64,000 nucleotides of DNA from the IMG/VR virus record IMGVR_UViG_3300010373_000002, positions 49,402 to 113,401 of that record; one strand, written 5' to 3'. Source of the DNA: a virus. The translations under genes were made by a program, and so were the position numbers. Shown here piece after piece: positions 19,520 through 27,993 of this stretch. Within the stretch, counting starts at the first letter, position 1. Each line of letters begins with the position of its first letter. Below the pieces are notes generated by a model. The model saw nothing but the letters and a program-made list of their open reading frames with translations, had not been told where the DNA came from and did no database searches.

Positions 19520-20227
19520 ATGGCTTTGCACGCTTCCGCAGGAATCAAACGGCTATTCACCGATCCGGTTCCGGTTTCGATCGGCGGTTCCGTGTATTTG
19601 GCTTCCGAGTTGACTCTCCGCGACATGGCGAGAATCGAACGCGATTGGGCCGATTCGTTCGCCGATCCGACTCTCGATATTCCCGCCGAGGACGAAGACC
19701 CGGAGCCGAACACTCGGAAGCGGCGGTTGCGTGCGGCCCTCGTTGTTTGCCGCGACAAGATGCCGCGTTGGGACAACGATACCGGAAGGACGATGCTGGC
19801 GACGGCCGAGGGGATCGCGACTCTCCTGCGTTACTCGATCGGCGGAAACCATGACGAACTCACTTTGGAAGACTTCGACGTAATGGCGTCCGAGATCACC
19901 GCGACCGAGTTTGCTCGCTTCGAGAAAGCCGCGTTCAACTCCGACCCGATGGACGAGATCGTCGAAGCCGCCGACCCCAAGCAATCGACCGAAGATAGCG
20001 AGCCGACCAACTGGGAAGAAATCCTCTCCGCGCTGGTTAAACAGTACGGCTTCAAACCTAAAGAAGTCGGCGATCTGACCATCTCCGAACTGACGATGAT
20101 CCTAGGCGACGGCAAACCAAACCATCGGCCCGTATTCACGGATATGGCCTCTTTGCTCGCTTACCACGAAGAACAAAAACGAATCTGGTTCGACGACGAA
20201 GAGTTAAAAGCGAAAGAGATTCAATAA
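19520..20227 (+). CDS. Tail assembly chaperone (G+T-like fused ORF)
   Basis: N-terminal V.IGG..Y..SELTLRD; C-terminal WEEI..L..YGF.P.EV..LTI.EL. Confidence 0.6.
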   Translation: MALHASAGIKRLFTDPVPVSIGGSVYLASELTLRDMARIERDWADSFADPTLDIPAEDEDPEPNTRKRRLRAALVVCRDKMPRWDNDTGRTMLATAEGIATLLRYSIGGNHDELTLEDFDVMASEITATEFARFEKAAFNSDPMDEIVEAADPKQSTEDSEPTNWEEILSALVKQYGFKPKEVGDLTISELTMILGDGKPNHRPVFTDMASLLAYHEEQKRIWFDDEELKAKEIQ

Positions 20228-21117
20228 TGGCAAGCGGCAATATTCAAGTCGGCTCGACTGTTTGCTCCTTTTTCTACGGCGATCCTGAGGCGAGAGATAC
20301 CGTCGTCGAGCGTGTGACCGAGTACGGGCCGGAAGCCGTCGTGAAATTCCAATGCCCTTACGCCTCTCGATTGCAAGTCGCTCAGACCTTGATGGGTACG
20401 GTCGTTTGGACCGGCAGTCAAGTCGTTCGCTTGAATCCGTTCCAATACCCGCCGCTCCCTTACCTTTATTGCTTGGAAATCGCCTCGATCGTCGGCTTGA
20501 ATCCGATCGTTGACCACACGGGTTGGCAGAGTTACAAGAGCGCCGTCATCACGGCCGTATTCCGCAGGCCGCTCTATCCTTTCATTAACGCCAGCCCAGC
20601 CACGACTCAAGCGGACCCCTCCGGTCAGCCCTACACCGTGACGCGGTTCTCTTCGACCGTGGATATGGTTCCGGCGGTCAGCGGTTCTTTTAGGTGGGCG
20701 AGCGGCAGCACTACCGGGGCGAACGCGATAGTACCCGACAACATTATTACCCAACTGCAATCTCAAACCCAAATAACAATGACAAGGTATATGATGCCAT
20801 ATATACCTTTGAATTATTTTGAGCAATTCAAGTGGAACGTCAATCTCAATCCGATCGCCTTCTCCGATCACACTTACCCCAAGGGAACCGTTTTGTTTTG
20901 GAATATCGAGTCGGAACCGACCGCCGACTCCGCCGGTAATTATTCCCAAAACGTGACCTATGTCATGCTAGCAAAAGCACATGACTGGAATATGTTTCCG
21001 AACCCTAAAGATACGGCGAACCCCGGCGCTCTCGACTTTGCCACAAGTACCGGATCGTTAAGCGGAAGTCCCGTCTATCCGTATCCATATTCAGACTTCT
21101 TCACTAACTTGCCCTGA
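20227..21117 (+). CDS. Distal tail/tail-tip protein
   Basis: Position after the TMP; VN...F....PKGTVLF pattern; translationally coupled. Confidence 0.55.
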   Translation: MASGNIQVGSTVCSFFYGDPEARDTVVERVTEYGPEAVVKFQCPYASRLQVAQTLMGTVVWTGSQVVRLNPFQYPPLPYLYCLEIASIVGLNPIVDHTGWQSYKSAVITAVFRRPLYPFINASPATTQADPSGQPYTVTRFSSTVDMVPAVSGSFRWASGSTTGANAIVPDNIITQLQSQTQITMTRYMMPYIPLNYFEQFKWNVNLNPIAFSDHTYPKGTVLFWNIESEPTADSAGNYSQNVTYVMLAKAHDWNMFPNPKDTANPGALDFATSTGSLSGSPVYPYPYSDFFTNLP

Positions 21118-21129
21118 TTTGGTGGTCCC

Positions 21130-21528
21130 ATGCCTCGCAACGGTCTTCCGCCATCGAAACAGAAACCGGGCAAGGCGATCACCGCCTCAAGGATTAACGA
21201 ATCCTCAATGGGCGTCTCCGCGCTCAATAGGATTCGCGGCGGCAACGGCGTCAACGTTCAGAATTTCGGCGGTATGCCGCTGATTACGGGGATGCCGTTC
21301 GAGGCTCTTGCCTTGGCTCAAGCCGGGGCAAGCGGCATTCTTGCAAGATCAGGCTCGACACCGAATAGCGGCGCTGTTACACTGTTATCATTGAGTGGCG
21401 GAGTTCTAGTCAACGGAAGCGCCGATATTGCGTGGAATATATCGAGCCAAGCCGTCTCGGCGAACGCTTATATCATTCTCGGAAAGATCGACGGCAACTG
21501 GTGGGTTCTGGTGGAGTCGTGTACCTAA
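21130..21528 (+). CDS. Tail-tip associated protein
   Basis: PGKAITASRIN start; ends IDGNWWVLVESC. Confidence 0.6.
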   Translation: MPRNGLPPSKQKPGKAITASRINESSMGVSALNRIRGGNGVNVQNFGGMPLITGMPFEALALAQAGASGILARSGSTPNSGAVTLLSLSGGVLVNGSADIAWNISSQAVSANAYIILGKIDGNWWVLVESCT

Positions 21529-21540
21529 CAGGGGAGTTCG

Positions 21541-21761
21541 ATGCGCAACTTCATTGCGAAGATCGGGCCGAATCAATCAAGGCGAACAAGAAGTCCGGCG
21601 AAGTGAACGCTTTCGCCTATGAGATCATGAGCGACACGCTCGTTCAAACCAAACCGATCGAAATCACAAACGATTGCCGGAATCACGATATCGCGGCAAA
21701 CTCTTTCGTTCTTGTCTCCGAAATCGCCGGTCAACTTATCGTAGTCGTGGAGGCGCTTTGA
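21541..21761 (+). pseudogene. Frameshifted paralog of the C-terminal domain of the upstream gene
   Basis: GGGGAG RBS and MRNFIAKIGPNQ; the frame changes at AATCAATCAA (21571-21580) to IKANKKSGEV...IAGQLIVVVEAL. Confidence 0.55.
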
Positions 21762-22201
21762 GCACGGCACGCGGAACATGGAAAGCCGTCGAGCGGAGGG
21801 TGGCGACCTTCTTCAAGACGAAGCGGGCCTACGGCTCGGGCAGCGGCGGCAGGCCCGACATCAGCAAGTCGGACACGACGCACCCGACCCTCTACATCGA
21901 AGCCAAACTCCGCGAGACTCATGCCGCCAGGACGCTCCACGACGACGTTCGCGAGAAGGCCAAGAAAGAGGGCAAGACTCCCGTCTTGGTCATGGCCGAC
22001 AAGTCTCGCCCCGGCTTCCTCGTCTGCGTCCATTGCGACGACTTGGCCGAGTTCATGCGGATCATGAACGAACAAGGCTTCATCGAAGACGACGATAACG
22101 AAGCGACCGCGAGAGCCGAGCGGATCACGCCGAGTAGAGAGAGAATCAGGGAACTCGCCAAAAGGTTTGCCGCGTTGCCTCCCAGGGAAGACTTGGACTG
22201 A
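21758..22201 (+). CDS. PD-(D/E)xK nuclease, Holliday-junction-resolvase-like
   Basis: WKAVERRVA..GSG..SD..YIEAK..GKTPVL; GGAGG RBS with a TTG start. Confidence 0.75.
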   Translation: MSTARGTWKAVERRVATFFKTKRAYGSGSGGRPDISKSDTTHPTLYIEAKLRETHAARTLHDDVREKAKKEGKTPVLVMADKSRPGFLVCVHCDDLAEFMRIMNEQGFIEDDDNEATARAERITPSRERIRELAKRFAALPPREDLD

Positions 22202-22282
22202 CTCTGTCGATCATCGGCGACACATAAAATAGTTTGTCGATCATATTTCGCGTTTCATGACACACAAAACAAAGACTTACTA

Positions 22283-22534
22283 ATGAAAACTGCCTTCGCT
22301 TGGACCAAAAACAATCGGATCATTATCGTTCCATTGAATCGCGTCGATCCGAGACCCGCGTATCCCTTCGCTTCGTGGATTCCGACCTTGATGTCCAATC
22401 GAATCGCCGATCAAATGGAAACCGAATTCGAGGTTCGGGTTTACGAGGACGACAACCCCAAACCCTCGGTCCAGACTTTGTTCGTCATGGATCACGACAA
22501 TCAGCGTCATTCGATCGCCATCTTTTCACATTAA
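22283..22534 (+). CDS. Hypothetical protein (83 aa)
   Basis: ATG ORF after an AT-rich spacer containing two copies of TGTCGATCAT. Confidence 0.5.
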   Translation: MKTAFAWTKNNRIIIVPLNRVDPRPAYPFASWIPTLMSNRIADQMETEFEVRVYEDDNPKPSVQTLFVMDHDNQRHSIAIFSH

Positions 22535-22538
22535 ACGA

Positions 22539-22772
22539 TAGACTCTCGTCTTCGGACGGGTTTAAGCCCTCTCTCTGGAGACTGTTTCCCTTGGGAATAG
22601 TATTTCCAAGCAACAGCAGCGGGTAGACCGGACCCACGTAACAGTGGGAACGCCTCGGAGCCGGAAACAATCTTTGGGACGAACAAGGATCGTAAATAGC
22701 CGCCGGTCGGGTTGCCAGAGAAGAACCATGGGTTCTTGGGGGACGCTTCGACGAGGGGCGTCCCTTTCTTTT
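22539..22772 (+). ncRNA. Candidate structured ncRNA or leader ending in an intrinsic terminator
   Basis: cUUCGg hairpin, nested stems closed by TCTCTGG/CCAGAGA, and a GC stem followed by TTTCTTTT. Confidence 0.55.
22740..22772 (+). terminator. Rho-independent terminator
   Basis: GGGACGCTTC/GGGGCGTCCC stem (two G-U pairs) followed by TTTCTTTT. Confidence 0.75.
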
Positions 22773-22810
22773 CTCGCCCTTTGGATCGTTGCCTGCGCCG
22801 AGGGCGAGAC

Positions 22811-24493
22811 ATGCAGTTTAAGCCGATTCAGCGCAAATCCACGTTCGCGCCTGGGAATCTTTCCGGGTCCGCAGGCTCATCGACTACGAACAACGGGCCG
22901 TCGAAACTCTTCACGCCGACGAAGCGGAAGAGTCCGTCTACCCCAGGTATGTCCGCAGGCGGTTCCTCGGGAGGCGGAGGGGGAGGCGGCGGCGGGACGG
23001 GATGGAAGAAGAACTCGCCCGGTTGCCCTTGCTGTAGCTCCGTGGGCACGTTCACGCTGACCGTGACGGTCGAAGGTTGCGACAACACTTTGCCGGAACT
23101 TCTCCTCTCGGGCGTCACCGTCACGCTTCTCCTGGGCGGATCGACGATCGGCACTTGCACGACTTCCTCGCTCGGTCAGTGCGTCTTCACGGCACTTTCC
23201 AGCGGCACGTACACCGTCCAAGTGACGGGATTGCCGACCGGATACGCCTCATTCACTTCGGCGAGCGTTTCGGTGACGGCGAACACGAATTACACCGCTC
23301 AATGCACTCCCGATTCCACCCATATTTGTTGCGGAGTCTGTCCGGGACTACCGATCCCCAAGACGCTCACCTTCAACGATTCGATCGGCGATCTCACCGC
23401 GACATGGCAATCGTCTCTCTTGGGCGGCGGCGTCATGTGTTGGGCGGGAACTCAGAACTACACGATATCGACTTGCACTTATGATTCTACTTGCACGACT
23501 TTTTCCGCGCCGAGTTCTCAAACGATACCGATTCATTATGAATTGTACTGCCATCACGACGTCGTATCCGGTCTCTATTCGTTTCAGATGGATGCCGGCT
23601 TCTGGCCGACTTGCCCATCGCTCGGGTGTTATGTTCCCGGCGGCGGCGGGTCAAGCGCCTTGTTTATCCAAGGCCCCTTCTCGCCCGCGAGCGTTTCCTG
23701 TTCTCCTTTCTGCGCCCAGGGGTTCACCGTCAATCCTTTGGGACCGCTCTACACGGTTTCCGTTCGCGACCCGGCGGTCTCTTTTTCGAGTTGCAACAAC
23801 CCCGCTCAGTTGACGGTAAACGTCCAGGGTTGCAACGCCTTGAACTTGTCGGGAGCGACCGTCACGGCATCGCTGACCGGACAGCCGAACGTCGTCGGCA
23901 CAACGGACGGCGGCGGCAATGCCACGCTCTTGTTGCCCGCCACCGGCACTTGGACGATCACGACGACATCTTCTCGATTCGGGACGGACACTTCCTCGAA
24001 GACGGTCACTGGAAACGGTCAGATTTTAACCCTGGCCGTCGTACTGACTCCCACATCCAGTTATGTCTGCGTTTCCGGGTGCGCTCAACCTCTGTCGAAG
24101 ACGCTGAAACTCACCGATCCCAACAACACGATTACGCCGCTGACGCTGACCTATGACGCCGTTTCTACGACTTGGATCGGTTGCTACGTCAAGTCGGCGG
24201 TCGTTTGCCAGCAGAACGTCGGTCTTGGTTGCAATGGAGCTATCGGCGGTTGCGCGGTCGCTTACTCGTACAATACCGCCGGATTCCTCACCGCCTACTA
24301 TAATGCTTGCGACGGGGCCGGAGTGCCCACGCCGACGAATTGTCCTCGCGGAGCGGGATTCACGAACGAGTTCACCGGCTTTCCGTCGAGCGTGACCAGC
24401 CATTGCCCGACCGCATTCGCCTACTCGGCCCACTTGGAACTGCCTTCGACTACCGGAATCTTAGTGAACGGGACCGTCTCGATCTCCGAATAA
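22811..24493 (+). CDS. Cys-rich tail-tip/receptor-binding candidate with two tandem Ig-like + Cys-rich modules
   Basis: Poly-Gly linker, PGCPCC, duplicated V.V.GC..LSG.TVT and C..C..P..KTL...D. Confidence 0.65.
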   Translation: MQFKPIQRKSTFAPGNLSGSAGSSTTNNGPSKLFTPTKRKSPSTPGMSAGGSSGGGGGGGGGTGWKKNSPGCPCCSSVGTFTLTVTVEGCDNTLPELLLSGVTVTLLLGGSTIGTCTTSSLGQCVFTALSSGTYTVQVTGLPTGYASFTSASVSVTANTNYTAQCTPDSTHICCGVCPGLPIPKTLTFNDSIGDLTATWQSSLLGGGVMCWAGTQNYTISTCTYDSTCTTFSAPSSQTIPIHYELYCHHDVVSGLYSFQMDAGFWPTCPSLGCYVPGGGGSSALFIQGPFSPASVSCSPFCAQGFTVNPLGPLYTVSVRDPAVSFSSCNNPAQLTVNVQGCNALNLSGATVTASLTGQPNVVGTTDGGGNATLLLPATGTWTITTTSSRFGTDTSSKTVTGNGQILTLAVVLTPTSSYVCVSGCAQPLSKTLKLTDPNNTITPLTLTYDAVSTTWIGCYVKSAVVCQQNVGLGCNGAIGGCAVAYSYNTAGFLTAYYNACDGAGVPTPTNCPRGAGFTNEFTGFPSSVTSHCPTAFAYSAHLELPSTTGILVNGTVSISE

Positions 24494-24508
24494 GGAGTTT
24501 CCTCTTAA

Positions 24509-24916
24509 ATGTCGTTTGTTGATAAGTGCCCCGCGTGTCCGCTGCGCCAATCGACCTTGGCGTGTCCAGCAGTCACGACGGGGCATTTTCGTTTTTGCGA
24601 ATTAGTGGCGGAAGGTCGAACCGACTATATTGACTATCTCCTAGAAGAAGCCGGAGTAAAGCCGACTATCATTCCGATAAAACCGCCGTGCGATCCCTCG
24701 GAAGACAAGAGATTGGCGGCGAGAGCACTCATGGAACTCTCCCGAGAAGCCAGGTCTTGCCCGCACCGCGAGGCTTGCGGTTGCGTCTACGCCTACTGTT
24801 TGCCCGGCGGTTTCAGGCCGGGAGAGAAGGTTTCGCTCCAAGATTGCGTTGAATGTATAAAAAATAACAAATACGATACGGCGGAAAAAGAAAAATCTCA
24901 AACAGCGCTTGACTAG
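24509..24916 (+). CDS. Cys-rich small protein
   Basis: AAGGAG RBS; several CxxC and CxC clusters. Confidence 0.65.
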   Translation: MSFVDKCPACPLRQSTLACPAVTTGHFRFCELVAEGRTDYIDYLLEEAGVKPTIIPIKPPCDPSEDKRLAARALMELSREARSCPHREACGCVYAYCLPGGFRPGEKVSLQDCVECIKNNKYDTAEKEKSQTALD

Positions 24917-24937
24917 GCGTCCTCCGTCTGCTACTAT
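24909..24937 (+). promoter_or_regulatory. Sigma70-type promoter
   Basis: TTGACT-17-TACTAT. Confidence 0.65.
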
Positions 24938-24989
24938 GTGGGTATGGAATTTAGCCCACCGAAATGAAACAAACCTTTCGGAGCCGCCC

Positions 24990-25640
24990 ATGCCGCCCGC
25001 CGAACGAGTTCTCGTTACCGACTCCAGCCTAATCAACACCTTCGAAGGCTACTCGTCCGAGTACCAATCCTTCCTCAATCGCTTATCGACTCCTAAATGT
25101 CGATACGAGTTCATGGATCGAAAAGAAGCCGAAGGGGATGTCAAGCACAAACAAATCATCCCTTATATCGCCGCTTACAAGGATGGAAAAGTTTTCTGTT
25201 ACCGCCGCAAAGGGAACGAGACTCGGCTCCACGGCCTCTGGTCTCTCGGCATCGGCGGCCACATCGCCACCCTGGACGCGGCGGGAATGCTCAACGATCT
25301 AGGCCGGATCATCCAAAAGGCGACGATCCGCGAGATGAACGAGGAAATCAAGATTATCACGCCGATGGGAAATTATTCCCAGCGGGTCAACTTCGCCAAT
25401 ATCGGCATCATCAACGACAACTCGAATCACGTTGGACAAGTCCACGTCGGCGTCCTAGTGATGATGGAGATTTTGCTCGACAACGCCACGATCAAGCCTC
25501 GGGGCCGGGAGACGAGCGTCTACGAGATGATGCCGCTCGACAAGATCGCCAAGGAGATCGACGACTTCGAGAATTGGTCCAAGATCGCCTATCCGGCCGT
25601 TTCGGCGTACATCGCGACAAAAGAGAGAGTGTCCGCATGA
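24990..25640 (+). CDS. NUDIX-family phosphoesterase
   Basis: R..AE....KQIIPY, E.RLHG..S.GIGGH, REMNEE, IINDNSN.VG.VHVG. Confidence 0.8.
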   Translation: MPPAERVLVTDSSLINTFEGYSSEYQSFLNRLSTPKCRYEFMDRKEAEGDVKHKQIIPYIAAYKDGKVFCYRRKGNETRLHGLWSLGIGGHIATLDAAGMLNDLGRIIQKATIREMNEEIKIITPMGNYSQRVNFANIGIINDNSNHVGQVHVGVLVMMEILLDNATIKPRGRETSVYEMMPLDKIAKEIDDFENWSKIAYPAVSAYIATKERVSA

Positions 25641-25837
25641 CTCCCGAGGACGTGAGACGACGGGTCGCCGAGATCAAGAAACCCAAAGTAAACGACGACG
25701 AGACGAATCACGTCCTAGAGGACAGGCTTTGGGCCGACGTCCTCGAAGCGATATGGGCAGGCTCGCCGTGGCCCGAGGCTTTGGCAGAGGAAGCCTTGAA
25801 AACAAGGGAGATCAAATTCGATCGCTGGTACTCTTAG
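25637..25837 (+). CDS. Small conserved phage protein
   Basis: ATGA overlap; DDE..H..ED.L..DVL.AI..F.RWYS. Confidence 0.65.
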   Translation: MTPEDVRRRVAEIKKPKVNDDETNHVLEDRLWADVLEAIWAGSPWPEALAEEALKTREIKFDRWYS

Positions 25838-26416
25838 TCACTCGGCGTAACCTGGATCGCCCATCGTGTAGTTGATGATCCTGCCGATAAATTTGTTCTT
25901 CCATTGCTTATCGTTCCACCAAAGAGACGACAAGACGGTGTGCCCAAGCCAAGAGTCTTCCGTCTTAGCCGACTGCGCTCCGTGAATCGCGAACGGACTG
26001 TCTTTTGTAGCGCCGACGATCAAGAGTTCGGCAACTCCTTTTTCGGCGTCGATGTTCTCGATTCTGAATATGCACCCGTAGTCCAACTCCGTCTCGTCGG
26101 ACTCTTTCTTTTTGTATGGATTCTTGATCGGAAGCGGATTAGTCTTCTCCCAAACCAGCGCAAGGAAAGGGCCGGTTCCAATCGTGCGGACCAATCCATC
26201 CAACCTCTGTCTCTGTTCCGGCGTCAGACGTTTTTGCGAGCCGAGCCAATCACGCTCCTGTTCCTCGGAACCGAAATATGGCGACTCGGCATCTGGTTTA
26301 GGCATTCCTTGTTTGGCGATTTCCGCCGGTTTCTTCGCCGACCTGGCGTACATGAGGGCGGCCACGCAAACGACCAGCACAAGGATTATGGCCGCCCGCA
26401 CTCTCGAACGTAACAT
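25838..26416 (-). CDS. Membrane-anchored protein (moron or superinfection-exclusion candidate)
   Basis: GAGGAG RBS, N-terminal TM helix, opposite strand. Confidence 0.65.
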   Translation of the reverse strand: MLRSRVRAAIILVLVVCVAALMYARSAKKPAEIAKQGMPKPDAESPYFGSEEQERDWLGSQKRLTPEQRQRLDGLVRTIGTGPFLALVWEKTNPLPIKNPYKKKESDETELDYGCIFRIENIDAEKGVAELLIVGATKDSPFAIHGAQSAKTEDSWLGHTVLSSLWWNDKQWKNKFIGRIINYTMGDPGYAE

Positions 26417-26611
26417 ATCTTCTCCTCTGAAAATCAAACAATCCAAGAAAAACAGTTGACTTATGACACACGGTTAGCGAAGATGGAAGTTAGTAACCCC
26501 CCACGCAAGTCGCCAAAGATGGCGAGTTATTCGACGCATAATGCCTATTCTTCCCCACCACGCCTAAACTACAAATCGCCACGATGCGGCGATCAACCTA
26601 AGAAAGCAACG

Positions 26612-26851
26612 ATGCGACACAACACGAATGCTTGTCGGGGTTACGACGTCAAGGGCGACTTTCGCCTGCGCATCCCGGCATCGGCCAAGGAGACGGTCGT
26701 CTATGTGCGCAGGCTTCCCAACGGAGACCTGGATGCAGTCACGGAAGACGGAATCCGTTTCGAGAAGAAGCCGACAATTAAAGTCGATTTAGGACGACAT
26801 TTTGAGCGTCCGTCTCTGCGCTTGTTTGCCGGTATCGTCGATCTTAGCTAG
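26612..26851 (+). CDS. Hypothetical protein (start uncertain)
   Basis: Open frame 26456-26851; the 3' part is protein-like. Confidence 0.4.
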   Translation: MRHNTNACRGYDVKGDFRLRIPASAKETVVYVRRLPNGDLDAVTEDGIRFEKKPTIKVDLGRHFERPSLRLFAGIVDLS

Positions 26852-27397
26852 CTCGAAAGAGCCGGAGTGACCCGGATTGTCGCCGATCGAGAGGTCGTAT
26901 CCGTTGGCTTTCTCAATGGATTCGACCATCTCTTTGATCTTGACTAACCGCATATGCGGCTTGTAGTCGAGAAAATCGTAGAGCGTCGCGGCAAGAAGCG
27001 TGGCCGAGGTCCAGTGGAAGTTAGTCTTGTCCAATCCGGCGTCCGCAAGAATCTCGTCCACGAAAGGCTTCACGGCCTTGCGCACGCGACGCAGGCCGGC
27101 CAAGCACTCTTCGACGCCGTTGGTGCGGACCTTCTTGAGTTCCCGGCCCTCGGCGATCTTCTGGTACAGCTTGGGGAAGCCTCCCTTGAGAATCTGGAAG
27201 ATTTCCTCGGTGCGGCGTGAGATCAGGTCGAACGCGAGCGCATTGAGAACGCCCGTCTTGGCGAGAGGTTCGCCGAAGCACGACAACCCTTCAGTGGTTC
27301 GGAACGTGCTGATCATGTCCTCGAACCGCTTGAGCGTGGCCGGATCGAGGTTGACGAGCAAGGAATAGGCGGAACTCCAGGGCTTAGGCTTGCGCAT
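26789..27397 (-). CDS. Putative regulator/repressor
   Basis: Divergent from the main early promoter; helical protein; no family recognised. Confidence 0.5.
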   Translation of the reverse strand: MRKPKPWSSAYSLLVNLDPATLKRFEDMISTFRTTEGLSCFGEPLAKTGVLNALAFDLISRRTEEIFQILKGGFPKLYQKIAEGRELKKVRTNGVEECLAGLRRVRKAVKPFVDEILADAGLDKTNFHWTSATLLAATLYDFLDYKPHMRLVKIKEMVESIEKANGYDLSIGDNPGHSGSFELAKIDDTGKQAQRRTLKMSS

Positions 27398-27437
27398 GTT
27401 GGAAAGGCTTTCTGTTTGGCGGTGTTCGAAATTCTTT

Positions 27438-27476
27438 CAGTGTCCCCTTGACACTGGCTTTCGAATACCGTATGAT
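27438..27476 (+). promoter_or_regulatory. Strong sigma70 promoter with an overlapping palindromic operator
   Basis: TTGACA(27448)-17-TATGAT(27471); CAGTGTC-N5-GACACTG covers the -35. Confidence 0.75.
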
Positions 27477-27606
27477 TGGTCGTGGGTGGAAGAGGAAACA
27501 ATATTCTTCCCAGATTACCCACTTCCTCAGACAGTATTGTAGACCGTGACAACAATAAGTCAATATGGTGGTTGTCTTTTTTTCTCAAAATGGTTGAGGT
27601 AGGTAA

Positions 27607-27993
27607 TTGAAAGACATAAAAAAATACAGCGGCCCCGTCCTCTCCAAGATGGTACGCGACGGAATCGCCGCTAACAGCGATCTCGCCAAGATCGGCCGGC
27701 TTCCCGACAGCGAACGTTATAGCCGCCCGAACTTGGATCGTCAAGAGACCTTGAAGGCTATTCGTGAAAAATCCCTTACCTTTATTTGGGACTTTTTCGA
27801 GGAAAACCCCGAAACCGACGTCGTGAACACGGAATACGGAACCGCGATCCGCATGATGAACGACTCCGGCGAAATGACCATTCAGATCGTGCCTCCTCGT
27901 GGAGTCATGGATGTAATGGACAGGCTTTCAGATGATCCGCGTGAGTTGCTTCCAGCACCTATTAAACACCGCCTGCAAAGGGGATGCCGTTGA
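27607..27993 (+). CDS. Hypothetical protein
   Basis: First ORF after the promoter; GAGGT RBS. Confidence 0.55.
   Translation: MKDIKKYSGPVLSKMVRDGIAANSDLAKIGRLPDSERYSRPNLDRQETLKAIREKSLTFIWDFFEENPETDVVNTEYGTAIRMMNDSGEMTIQIVPPRGVMDVMDRLSDDPRELLPAPIKHRLQRGCR

Noticed and set aside
733-21000. Numerous long Arg-rich alternative-frame and antisense ORFs in the track
   Set aside because: These are shadow ORFs from GC-rich codon bias over well-supported + strand genes.
22539-22740. Cobalamin or glycine riboswitch, pistol or twister ribozyme
   Set aside because: Only fragments match (GGGAA, GCCAGAG, CTCTGGAGA, TTAAGCCCT, TAAATAG); required core motifs are missing or out of order.
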